This document shows, piece by piece, positions 21,058 through 30,300 of a DNA stretch of 64,000 nucleotides. The translations under genes and the position numbers were made by a program. Position 1 is the stretch's first letter. Each line of letters begins with the position of its first letter. The DNA comes from a virus. The stretch lies in IMG/VR virus record IMGVR_UViG_3300035670_000060, positions 32,001 through 96,000 of that record; one strand, 5' to 3'. The notes under the pieces were generated by a model, which saw only the letters and a list, made by a program, of their open reading frames with translations, did no database searches and was not told the origin of the DNA.

Positions 21058-21903
21058 TTACCACTCCTTAGTTGAAGCAAATGGATTCGCTTCGCTAAAA
21101 TCTAAAATGTCATCATCATTAATTTGTGATGTAATGAAATCATTATCTGCTGTATTTGCTCTATTTTCAAAGAAATATCCTTCTAGTAGAATACTACTTA
21201 AATCTTGATGGACTAATTTATATCCATCTTCCATTAACAATTCATCAAGGACATTTGTAGCGAGACTGTAGGAGTCTTCGATTTCGTCAATGTCTGAAAC
21301 GTCAGTATCAATAACTTCTGCTGAGTAATCAAATCTATCACATCGTAATTCGTATGTATATGTTTTACCTAATTGAAAAAAGTATTCATTATCTTCACAA
21401 AATTTAATTTCATACATTGATTTTACCAAAGGCAACCAAATTAAGTCACCCTCTCTTGGTCTGTAGATACCTGAATAATCGTAATCTGAGTTTTTTCTGC
21501 CATCTATCTGTGATAGTTCTTCATCTTGAAACAGCAATTCATTACCATCTTCAAGCAAAAGATTGTAATTATATTCCGTCATGAGGCATGGTTTCATTGC
21601 CTGTTGAAATCTTTTTTGCGGCAATGAAAATGTAATTTGTTCATCGACTTGCAAACCAAACTTTGATATGAAATCCAATTGACCTTGAAAGCCGTCAAAT
21701 GTTTTAATATACATTTCAAGTTCTATAGCATCATCAAAATACATTGAACCATCTTCGCCATAAAGTTTGTCAAGATTGACATGTGTTCTTGGTAAATAAT
21801 AAGCTGGTACACCATAAATCTTTATAGCTTCAATAATCAAATCTTCATAAACATTTTGTTCAGTGGATGTTGAATATTGATTGAAGTGCCTATTTCGTGC
21901 CAT
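21058..21903 (-). CDS. gp14: Neck protein
   Basis: EAIKIYG..YYLPR, SKFGLQ, RPREGDLIWLP, FFQLGK, FSEANPF. Confidence 0.92.
   Translation of the reverse strand: MARNRHFNQYSTSTEQNVYEDLIIEAIKIYGVPAYYLPRTHVNLDKLYGEDGSMYFDDAIELEMYIKTFDGFQGQLDFISKFGLQVDEQITFSLPQKRFQQAMKPCLMTEYNYNLLLEDGNELLFQDEELSQIDGRKNSDYDYSGIYRPREGDLIWLPLVKSMYEIKFCEDNEYFFQLGKTYTYELRCDRFDYSAEVIDTDVSDIDEIEDSYSLATNVLDELLMEDGYKLVHQDLSSILLEGYFFENRANTADNDFITSQINDDDILDFSEANPFASTKEW
21165..21265. repeat. 101-bp exact direct repeat, copy 1 (in gp14)
   Basis: Identical base for base to 45533-45633. Confidence 0.95.
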
Positions 21904-21905
21904 GA

Positions 21906-22649
21906 TTATCCAATCATATCAGATACAGGTAATGAATATGAAGATATCATCTCAGCTTCTAATGCTGTTATTTCATCTGTTGCTTCATCCCAAATTTTTT
22001 GACCGTTGAATGTCAGACCACCCGGCATTTGGAGACCTTCAAACTTTTTTAAATTTTCGCCCCACTGTTTTTTAATTTGTGCTGTTGCATATCGTTGAAG
22101 CCATCTGTCACCCCATACATCTGAGTATGTATCAGGATCCACTTTCTGGTATGCTTCAATAATAATATATTCGCCAGTCACAACTTTTGCTGACCAATCC
22201 ATATCGATATAAAGTCTGTTTACATGGCGATTATATCTGAGACTTTGGCGCCCAACAAAAAGTTCTTCAGCAAGCGCAACATTCTGAAGTGCCATGTAGT
22301 ATGGTGCGAAAGGTCCATAATTGAATGCAAACAGATCGTTCAGTGCGATTTGATATCGAATGTTGAACAGATTGTTTGAAGAATAAGAGTCACCAATATC
22401 AAATATATTAATGATACCAATGACTGCTTCTGGAATGGTTATGTATTTGTTTGTCTTGTCTTCAGCAGTGACTGGATGTGCTAAATAAACTTTCTGTGTA
22501 CCATCAAAATGATAATCGTGATAATACGCTAATGCTTCGTCAATTCTATCTTCAACTTGTTCATCCGCTACATTAATTTCAAGTACAGGTTTCCCTAACT
22601 TACGTAAGCAATATTCTTTAAATTCATCTCTACTGGTAGGTTTAGCCAT
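21906..22649 (-). CDS. gp13: Neck protein
   Basis: YCLRKLGKPVLEINV, HFDG, KKQWGENLKKFEGLQMPGG. Confidence 0.93.
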   Translation of the reverse strand: MAKPTSRDEFKEYCLRKLGKPVLEINVADEQVEDRIDEALAYYHDYHFDGTQKVYLAHPVTAEDKTNKYITIPEAVIGIINIFDIGDSYSSNNLFNIRYQIALNDLFAFNYGPFAPYYMALQNVALAEELFVGRQSLRYNRHVNRLYIDMDWSAKVVTGEYIIIEAYQKVDPDTYSDVWGDRWLQRYATAQIKKQWGENLKKFEGLQMPGGLTFNGQKIWDEATDEITALEAEMISSYSLPVSDMIG

Positions 22650-22675
22650 GGCATTTTCCTTTAATGCGACATGAC

Positions 22676-22683
22676 TATTTATA
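22676..22683 (-). promoter_or_regulatory. T4-type late promoter TATAAATA
   Basis: Exact consensus upstream of gp13. Confidence 0.8.
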
Positions 22684-22685
22684 AT

Positions 22686-22898
22686 TTAACAGATTAGTGC
22701 TTTGCCATCAATCAATAGTAAATTGCCTTTGCATGCCAGATTCCATTTTTTTACACCATGCTCGTAAGTACATTCGTCATACACGGGCACGTTGATTTCT
22801 AAACTTTTAGCTAAGACTTCTTCGCCATTTTCAAAAATTCTCCAGAAAAAATCAGTGTCGCCGTGCTGTGTATTAAATCGAATATGGTATTGCTTCAT
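22686..22898 (-). CDS. Hypothetical protein
   Basis: 70 aa; start overlaps the stop of the upstream kinase gene (ATGA). Confidence 0.6.
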   Translation of the reverse strand: MKQYHIRFNTQHGDTDFFWRIFENGEEVLAKSLEINVPVYDECTYEHGVKKWNLACKGNLLLIDGKALIC

Positions 22899-23731
22899 TC
22901 AATTCCCATTTCTTTTCGAATTTTGGTTGCTGAAATAGCATGTATCGTATCATCGAAAACTTCTTGTTCAATCTTGTAGCCGACATCTCTACCGTATGTG
23001 ATGTTTACAATGTTTGGAACAATCAAAATTTCATACTGACCTTGATAGAGTGGATCTAAGTCTCTTCGAATATAGTTTTTAACTTCTTCAATTGCAAATG
23101 GATTACTTCCATTCCAACCCTGACAATCACGAATCATGATACATACTTGACCAGTTTTTGCTAACGCTCTTTCAAATAACGCACGATGACCTTTGTGCCA
23201 TGGTTGCCAACGACCTAACATCTGCACAGTTTCTTTGCGCCAATCAAAAGTTGGTCTTCTTTTACGACTTAAAATTGCTTCACCTACATACTGCACCCAC
23301 TTTTCAGCATTCTTTTCGTTGATTCTAAAATCATAGATTTCTGGTGGCACAAATGCTTTGTTCGTATCTTCATAACGACCAGCATCAATCGTATCCATCC
23401 AGATTGTCCAGTCTGCTTTAAAGTTGTGACGCATTTCAGCAAGTGGTGCTACAAAATCACAAATGACATATTCGCCAGTGCATCGCATTGCAAATTCTGC
23501 CATCCTCAACGACTGCCGAATGCGACCTTCTTTTGAAAAGTCCCAATCATTGAATCGCTTTCGAATGTCATCAGCATTGAACCAATCAACTCGTGCGTTC
23601 ATTCGAGGATATGGAGCGTCACTAAGTGTGTTTAAAGGACGCTCTCCGTGAATCTCAAGATAAGTCTTTAATCGTTCTGCAAAATATGTTTTACCTGAGC
23701 CAGGCAAACCCATAATCAATATTTTTTCCAT
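22895..23731 (-). CDS. Adenylylsulfate (APS) kinase-like domain fused to an HxGH nucleotidyltransferase domain
   Basis: P-loop GLPGSGKT and ADDIRKRFNDWDFSKEGRIRQ (CysC-like); C-terminal GRWQPWHKGH and ISATKIR. Start moved to ATG 23731, which has a GGAG RBS. Confidence 0.75.
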   Translation of the reverse strand: MEKILIMGLPGSGKTYFAERLKTYLEIHGERPLNTLSDAPYPRMNARVDWFNADDIRKRFNDWDFSKEGRIRQSLRMAEFAMRCTGEYVICDFVAPLAEMRHNFKADWTIWMDTIDAGRYEDTNKAFVPPEIYDFRINEKNAEKWVQYVGEAILSRKRRPTFDWRKETVQMLGRWQPWHKGHRALFERALAKTGQVCIMIRDCQGWNGSNPFAIEEVKNYIRRDLDPLYQGQYEILIVPNIVNITYGRDVGYKIEQEVFDDTIHAISATKIRKEMGIE

Positions 23732-23748
23732 TATATAAAACTCCAAAA

Positions 23749-23994
23749 TTATTGAGCGATTGCTGCACTTCCCTGAGTGATTGCGTTATGCAAATCAGAA
23801 ATGTCTTCGCCAGATCCGGACACATCTGGATTTCCAACTACTAGTTTAAGATGCTCAACATTTCGATCAATGTTTCCACGAAGTTCGTCAGAAAGTGTTG
23901 CGCCTGCTGCAATCTTTGCTAAAGAATCTTCAATGACCCAAACGCTATCTCTTGCTGCTCGAATTGTATATAGAACTTCTGGTGTTGCTGGCAT
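23749..23994 (-). CDS. Small helical hypothetical protein (possible fibre-associated chaperone)
   Basis: 81 aa, GGAGG RBS, IDRNVEHL motif. Confidence 0.55.
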   Translation of the reverse strand: MPATPEVLYTIRAARDSVWVIEDSLAKIAAGATLSDELRGNIDRNVEHLKLVVGNPDVSGSGEDISDLHNAITQGSAAIAQ

Positions 23995-23995
23995 A

Positions 23996-24946
23996 TTAGC
24001 CTCCTATGAGTTTAGTATCTTCGGTTTCTGTTGGTGCATCCGATTCGGATGTTGGTTCTTCAAAATTTGCGTCAATCTCTTGTAGATTTCTCCAAAATGC
24101 TGTATTTTCACATCGCTTTAAAATTTCTTCTGAAAGAACTTCTTTAGGATCGACTGACGCTCTATTTATTGTACTACGAACTTCATGCATGTCTGCAAGC
24201 CCATAAACTTCAGCATCTTTTTCTTTATGTATGTTTTCAATTTTGCTAAAGTCATGTGCGAAATATTCTTCACCAAGAAATTCATAAATCTTTCGCATTG
24301 TATCATCTGGATTCTCAAGCAAATCGTTATATTCAATGAAGTGAAGATTTTTCTGTCTACCTTCCATTAGTGCTTGTTGAATGCCAAAATAGCTTTGGCC
24401 AAGAATTCCATTTGGACTAGCTAAGAACGTACATCGATTATCATCGTTTAAAGGCGTGTTTGTTTTGATAAGCATTTCATCAATGAAATTAATCTTACCT
24501 TCACCGCCGTATGGATTTCTGCGTTGCATTGTAATAAATGATGTAAGAATTTCTTCAATGTCACGAACTGGGCATAAAACTTTTGGTTCAATTCCAAAAT
24601 ATCCAGGAATGTAATGTAGTCGATTCACCCATGACCGATTCTTGTCAATGATGACAGGCTTATCTACGTCAGAATAATAATTATCCATGACACTAGAAAT
24701 AATTTTTGCAGCTTGTGGTAACTTAGGAAAAGCCATAAAAAGTTCATCGTTTGAAAAAGAATTTTCAAGCGTGAGCATTGTAGGTACCACAGGAGAACTT
24801 GGACCAGAATAGACTCTTGGATTTTGATTTAGAATCGATGATAGAAGTGTACTTCCTGATCTTGGAAGCCCAGACATAAAGTAGTATGTCTTCATTGACG
24901 CTCTCATCATTTCTTCTCTTATAATTTCTTTAATCATTTCTTTCAT
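23996..24946 (-). CDS. PAPS-dependent sulfotransferase
   Basis: 5'-PSB loop SGLPRSGSTLLSSILNQNP; IIDKNRSW; VRDIEEILTS; YNDLLENP. Confidence 0.85.
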   Translation of the reverse strand: MKEMIKEIIREEMMRASMKTYYFMSGLPRSGSTLLSSILNQNPRVYSGPSSPVVPTMLTLENSFSNDELFMAFPKLPQAAKIISSVMDNYYSDVDKPVIIDKNRSWVNRLHYIPGYFGIEPKVLCPVRDIEEILTSFITMQRRNPYGGEGKINFIDEMLIKTNTPLNDDNRCTFLASPNGILGQSYFGIQQALMEGRQKNLHFIEYNDLLENPDDTMRKIYEFLGEEYFAHDFSKIENIHKEKDAEVYGLADMHEVRSTINRASVDPKEVLSEEILKRCENTAFWRNLQEIDANFEEPTSESDAPTETEDTKLIGG

Positions 24947-24957
24947 TGTTCATCACC

Positions 24958-25860
24958 TCATTGTTGATTGTTTACAGATTCTATAATTTTATTTATATCA
25001 AATAATTTAACGTCATCTGTATAAGGATATTCAATTTCATTTCCGTTGAAGTCAAAGTCAAATAAGTAACTGCCAGGAAGTTTGAAGTTATATGGCACAT
25101 CGGTACAAATATTATCATGCATATCATAACCAAAAACTTTAGGGCTTGTACCATTCCATAAAACAGTGGATTTCTTTCTAAGTGCTGCTGCTGCATGTTG
25201 CAACGAAGAGTCTATAAGAATTCTCTTTTTGCTATGTAAAAGAATACTAAAAAATTCCATTAGACTGAGTGCTTGTTGCTGCGTAGCAAAAACATGTTCA
25301 GCGCCTTCAAGTTTTGGTGAGTTCATCTTGGTAACTTGGTAAATATGATAGTCTTTTTTGTAATAGTCTATCAATTCTTGTGCTAATTCTGGCGGCATGT
25401 CTCTTGTCCATGAATAAGGCTTAGCATCTGTTGTCATTGGACCGCCACTTGTATGTATAACCATGATAGGCTTTTTTCTCAACCAAAATTTTCTTGAAAG
25501 ATCCCATTGAAGTTTATTAAACTTTACCTCTGGGCGCTCATTGTCGAATTTTAATTGATGCATTTCGCACCAATTTTCAATCAGTCGTTTCCGTTTATGT
25601 ATATGATTTGTCGTATAGTATGGTTCGTGATGAAAAATCAGAGAATCTTTATCTTGAATGTATTCTTGGTAGAAATATTGTGTGCCACCTAACAGAAAAA
25701 CTCTGTCAACAAAAGAAAGATTAATAAAAATATCAGGATATGCACATACGACAATGAGTTTTCTGTCAGGAAAATTGTTTTTAATTGCTTTTGCAACAGC
25801 GGTTGCTGCTACGTGTTTTCCAATACCGCCTTGAAGATGAAAAATACTATATTTCTTCAT
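24958..25860 (-). CDS. GT-B glycosyltransferase, GT9/heptosyltransferase-like
   Basis: GGIGKHVAATAVAKAIKNNFPDRKLIV N-terminus; ILIDSSLQHAAAALRKKSTVLW. Confidence 0.75.
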   Translation of the reverse strand: MKKYSIFHLQGGIGKHVAATAVAKAIKNNFPDRKLIVVCAYPDIFINLSFVDRVFLLGGTQYFYQEYIQDKDSLIFHHEPYYTTNHIHKRKRLIENWCEMHQLKFDNERPEVKFNKLQWDLSRKFWLRKKPIMVIHTSGGPMTTDAKPYSWTRDMPPELAQELIDYYKKDYHIYQVTKMNSPKLEGAEHVFATQQQALSLMEFFSILLHSKKRILIDSSLQHAAAALRKKSTVLWNGTSPKVFGYDMHDNICTDVPYNFKLPGSYLFDFDFNGNEIEYPYTDDVKLFDINKIIESVNNQQ

Positions 25861-25861
25861 A

Positions 25862-26590
25862 TTATAACCTTTCTTTTGTTGCTTTCACGATGTCCCACGT
25901 TCTCGCATTTTTGATATGATGAAAATGATATGCATTACTTGCGTCTAAAGCTAGTCTTTTAGTTATGTCATAATTTTTATGCTCTGAAACAAGCGTTTTT
26001 GATATCTCACCTTTGATCCTATTCGTCTTGAATATGTATATATGTTCGTTGTTCTGCGTCAGATATTCATCACCGAACCAGATTTGATATAGTCTTGGTA
26101 TCACCTTATACGAAGTTCGCTTTATAAACATACATACACCAAATGCATATCCTTGACCACCTATAGGTTGAGTTTTATCATGTTTGAGTTTGAACAATTC
26201 ATCTTCACCTTCATGAACACCAACTGTATAATTATCTGGTGTGTTTTTTAAATGAACGCCTACAACATCAATCTCTTTAAAATCTACTGCTGAGAAATCA
26301 CGAAATACACTCGATTCAACTTCTATGTCATCATTGATAATGGAAAGAACATTCGCTTTTGATCTATAGTAACCTTCATTCCACGAAGGATTTACGTAGT
26401 TGTTTTTACCATAACAAATGATATGCAACTTAGATGAATTCAATTCGTCAACTCTTTTTGGTCGATTTGCTTTGTCATTGTCAATCAAAAAGATATTTCC
26501 AATATACTCGCATTCAATGTAGGTGTCAAGTGCGGATAGAAAATTTTTAGACTTCCACATTGTAGGAATTACAACGTCAATTGTATTCAT
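25862..26590 (-). CDS. GT-A glycosyltransferase (GT2-like)
   Basis: DVVIPTMW, LIDND, YVNPSWNEG, IINDD (DXD-like), IWFGD. Confidence 0.75.
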   Translation of the reverse strand: MNTIDVVIPTMWKSKNFLSALDTYIECEYIGNIFLIDNDKANRPKRVDELNSSKLHIICYGKNNYVNPSWNEGYYRSKANVLSIINDDIEVESSVFRDFSAVDFKEIDVVGVHLKNTPDNYTVGVHEGEDELFKLKHDKTQPIGGQGYAFGVCMFIKRTSYKVIPRLYQIWFGDEYLTQNNEHIYIFKTNRIKGEISKTLVSEHKNYDITKRLALDASNAYHFHHIKNARTWDIVKATKERL

Positions 26591-27249
26591 AAATCTTCTA
26601 TGTTATAATTTTTCATTGTCGATTCAAAATTACCTTTATACATCTTATTGCCTAAATGGTAAACTGTATGATTCGGTTTGATCCAGATTTTGTAACCGAG
26701 TTCTCGAATCTTATTTGAAAGTGTAATATCTTCACCAACAAAAGCTCCGTTTATGTATGTAAATTCACATATGTTTTTTAATTTCTTACTACGAAAATCT
26801 AATTCAACATTAGAGATCCATAAATCTTTAATGACTTTTTTGGAAAGTTTTAGAAAGCCTGTTCCTACACGAGATGCTGTCAGATAACCATCTTTCGGAT
26901 CTCTCTTGACCACACTGTTAAAATAAACGTTATACTGTATATTTGTATCACCTTTATTTACAACTGGTATAGCGATGACATCTTTTGGTGAAGAAAGAAT
27001 TTCAATCAATGCTTTCTCATCCCACATTTCATCATCGTCAATGAATACCATTGCATCATAATTTTCTTTGTATGCTAAATTAAAGAGTTCATTTCTGGCC
27101 ATTGGAAGAATACTTTCATTGGCCAGAAACACTACATTGATTGACAAATCGTGTTTCAATCCTAACTTAATAGATTCACATAAACTATGAACGAAATATG
27201 CGTCTACTTTTTGATCTAAACATGGTGTAGCAATTAATATACGTTTCAT
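26587..27249 (-). CDS. GT-A glycosyltransferase-like protein
   Basis: ILIATP, ARNEL, FIDDD, VGTGFL, GEDITL, HLG. Confidence 0.75.
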   Translation of the reverse strand: MKRILIATPCLDQKVDAYFVHSLCESIKLGLKHDLSINVVFLANESILPMARNELFNLAYKENYDAMVFIDDDEMWDEKALIEILSSPKDVIAIPVVNKGDTNIQYNVYFNSVVKRDPKDGYLTASRVGTGFLKLSKKVIKDLWISNVELDFRSKKLKNICEFTYINGAFVGEDITLSNKIRELGYKIWIKPNHTVYHLGNKMYKGNFESTMKNYNIEDL

Positions 27250-27309
27250 AACATACCTTTTCTTTCATCATTGTTCACACAGCCATTGTATATATTGTCA
27301 CATAAAATG

Positions 27310-30300
27310 TCAAGTAACTCTTTTCTCTAGTGCTTCAAGTCTACTCTTAAGTGCATCTATTTCATTCGACATCTCATTAATTGTATTGACAAGAACTGGT
27401 ATCAAATGATCATTTGTCATTTGAAGTTTTTCCGGCATCTCTTTACTTACGATGACAGGATTGTCACCTTCAGCCTCTAGAATGTTTTGTGCGCTGAAAC
27501 CATATCGTTTTCTGGTATCCGTAATTTCACCAGTGTCTCGATTTTTAAATGAGAATTCAATTGGTGTAATCTTTCGAAGAAAATCTCTACCGTGTGGAAC
27601 AGGTCCGAAGATTGTTTTGTCACGAACATCTGAAACAGTAGTCCAACCAATTTGAATTTGAGCGCAAGTATGTGCATTATTGCCCATGATGATGCGATTT
27701 GATTCAGTTGTGATATTAGCTAGACCAATTGTTCCAACAGCAGCATTGCATCCAAAGAAAAGATTGTTGCTGCCAGTGGTGTTACAGTAACCAGCACATT
27801 GACCAGCAAAGATGTTATTATTGCCAGTGGTGTTAGCAGCACCAGCAGCATTACCAATGAAATTATTGTTAGAGCCAGTGGTGTTATTTAAACCAGCACT
27901 TTGACCAAAGAAATTATTACTACAGCCAGTGGTATTGCCATAACCAGCACTTGAACCAATGAAATTATTAAAACCGCCAGTGGTATTGTAGCGACCAGCA
28001 CTTGCACCAAAGAAATTATTACTAGTGCCAGTGGTGTTGTTTAGACCAGCACTTGCACCAAAGAAATTATTACTAGTGCCAGTGGTGTTACTGCAACCAG
28101 CATTCACACCAATGAAATTATTGTAACTGCCAGTGGTGTTCTTGTAACCAGCACGATTACCAATGAAATTGTTATGTCCGCCAGTTGTGTTATAGTAACC
28201 AGCACGATTACCAAAAAAATTATTTTGGCTGCCAGTGGTATTATAGTAGCCAGTTTGCCTACCAAAGAAATTATTATAATTGCCTGTGGTATTATAGAAA
28301 CCTGCTAATGGACCAAAGAAATTGTTACAATTACCTGTTGTGTTACAGTAACCAGCACATGCACCAAAGAAATTATTAAAAAATCCAGTGGTATTATTGT
28401 TACCAGCCACGTAACCCATAAAATTATTATAAGCGCCTGTGGTGGTATTGCGACCAGCACATAAACCAGCGAAGAAGTTGTAACAGGCATCGTTACAGTA
28501 ACCAGCTGCTAAACCAATAAAAATATTACCAATGCCTGTGACGTTAAAGCGACCTGCATCTTTTCCAAAGAAAGTATTATTGCTACCAGTTGTATTTTTA
28601 CAACCAGCAAGATTACCAATGAAAGTGTTATAACTGCCATTAGTATTACAGAGACCAGCACATTGACCAATGAAAGTATTGCCACTGCCAGTGGTATTGC
28701 CATAACCAGATACAAGACCAAAGAAATTATTATGACATCCAGTGGTGTTGCTGGAACCAGCTTGATTACCAAAGAAATTATTACAACTGCCAGTGGTATT
28801 AGTTATGCCAGCAGCATTACCAAAGAAATTATTATGACAGCCACTGCTATTGCCGCGACCAGCATATCGACCAAAGAAATTATTAAAACAGCCAGTAGTA
28901 TTGTAGCGACCAGCACAACAACCAATGAAATTATTATAACTGCCAGTGGTATTGTAGCGACCAGCACAAAAACCAATAAAATTATTACTAGTGCCAGTGG
29001 TGTTAGAGAAACCAGCACATTGACCAAAGAAATTATTATTACAGCCAGTGGTATTGGAGCGACCAGCACTTGGACCAAAGAAATTATTATTGCTGCCAGT
29101 GGTGTTACAGAAACCAGCCCATCTACCAAAGAAATTATTAAAACAGCCAGTGGTGTTATTGCGACCAGCACATAGACCAAAGAAATTATTATAGCTGCCT
29201 GTTGTGTTAACCAAACCAGCACTATTACCAATGAAATTATTATTGCTACCCGTCGTGTTACAGTAGCCAGCCGACTCACCAAAGAAATTATTATGACTGC
29301 CTGTTGTGTTAAAGCGTCCGGTATAATAACCAAAGAAATTATTATTGCTGCCTGTTGTGTTCAAACAACCAGCACTTCCACCAAAGAAATTATTCTTCCA
29401 GCCTGTTGTGTTACATAAACCAGCACAACGACCAAAGAAATTATTATAGCTGCCTGCTGTGTTAAAGTAACCAGCACTTAGACCAAAGAAATTATTACAG
29501 CCGCCTGTTGTGTTACAGAAACCAGCACTTTGACCAAAGAAATTATTATTACAGCCAGTGGTGTTACTGTAACCAGCAGCGCAACCAAAGAAATTATTGT
29601 GATTGCCAATTGTATTGGAAAAACCAGCACTTTGACCAAAAAAGTTATTCCAAGCACCACTGATATTACACATACCAGCACAAAGACCAGCAAAGAAGTT
29701 ACAACCGCCAATGATATTGTAGCGACCAGCATTTAAACCGATAAAAGTATTATGACAGCCTGTTGTATTACAGAAACCTGCACATCGATTAATAAAGGTA
29801 TTATATTTGCCATTGGTATTAAAACGACCAGCATCACGACCAAGGAAAATATTATCATTACCATCGATATTAGCGTAACCAGCACATTGACCAGCAAAGA
29901 AGTTATAACTGCCAGTGATGTTACAGTAACCAGCAGCGCAACCAAAGAAATTATTATTACATCCAGTGGTATTATTAATACCAGCAAAATGACCAAAGAA
30001 ATTATTAAATCTAGCAGTGGTGGTAGAACGACCTGCTTGATTACCAATGAAAGTATTACCAAATCCAGTGGTATTAGCGTAACCAGCATAGTAACCAATG
30101 AAATTATTAGAACCACCAGTGGTGTTACAGTAACCAGCACATGTACCAGCAAAGAAGTTATGACAGCCAGTGGTATTACTGTAACCAGCAAGATAACCAA
30201 AGAAATTATTCATACTGCCAGTGGTGTTACTGTAACCAGCACATAAACCTGCGAAAAAGTTATGACTACCAGTGGTGTTACATAAACCAGCACATGCACC

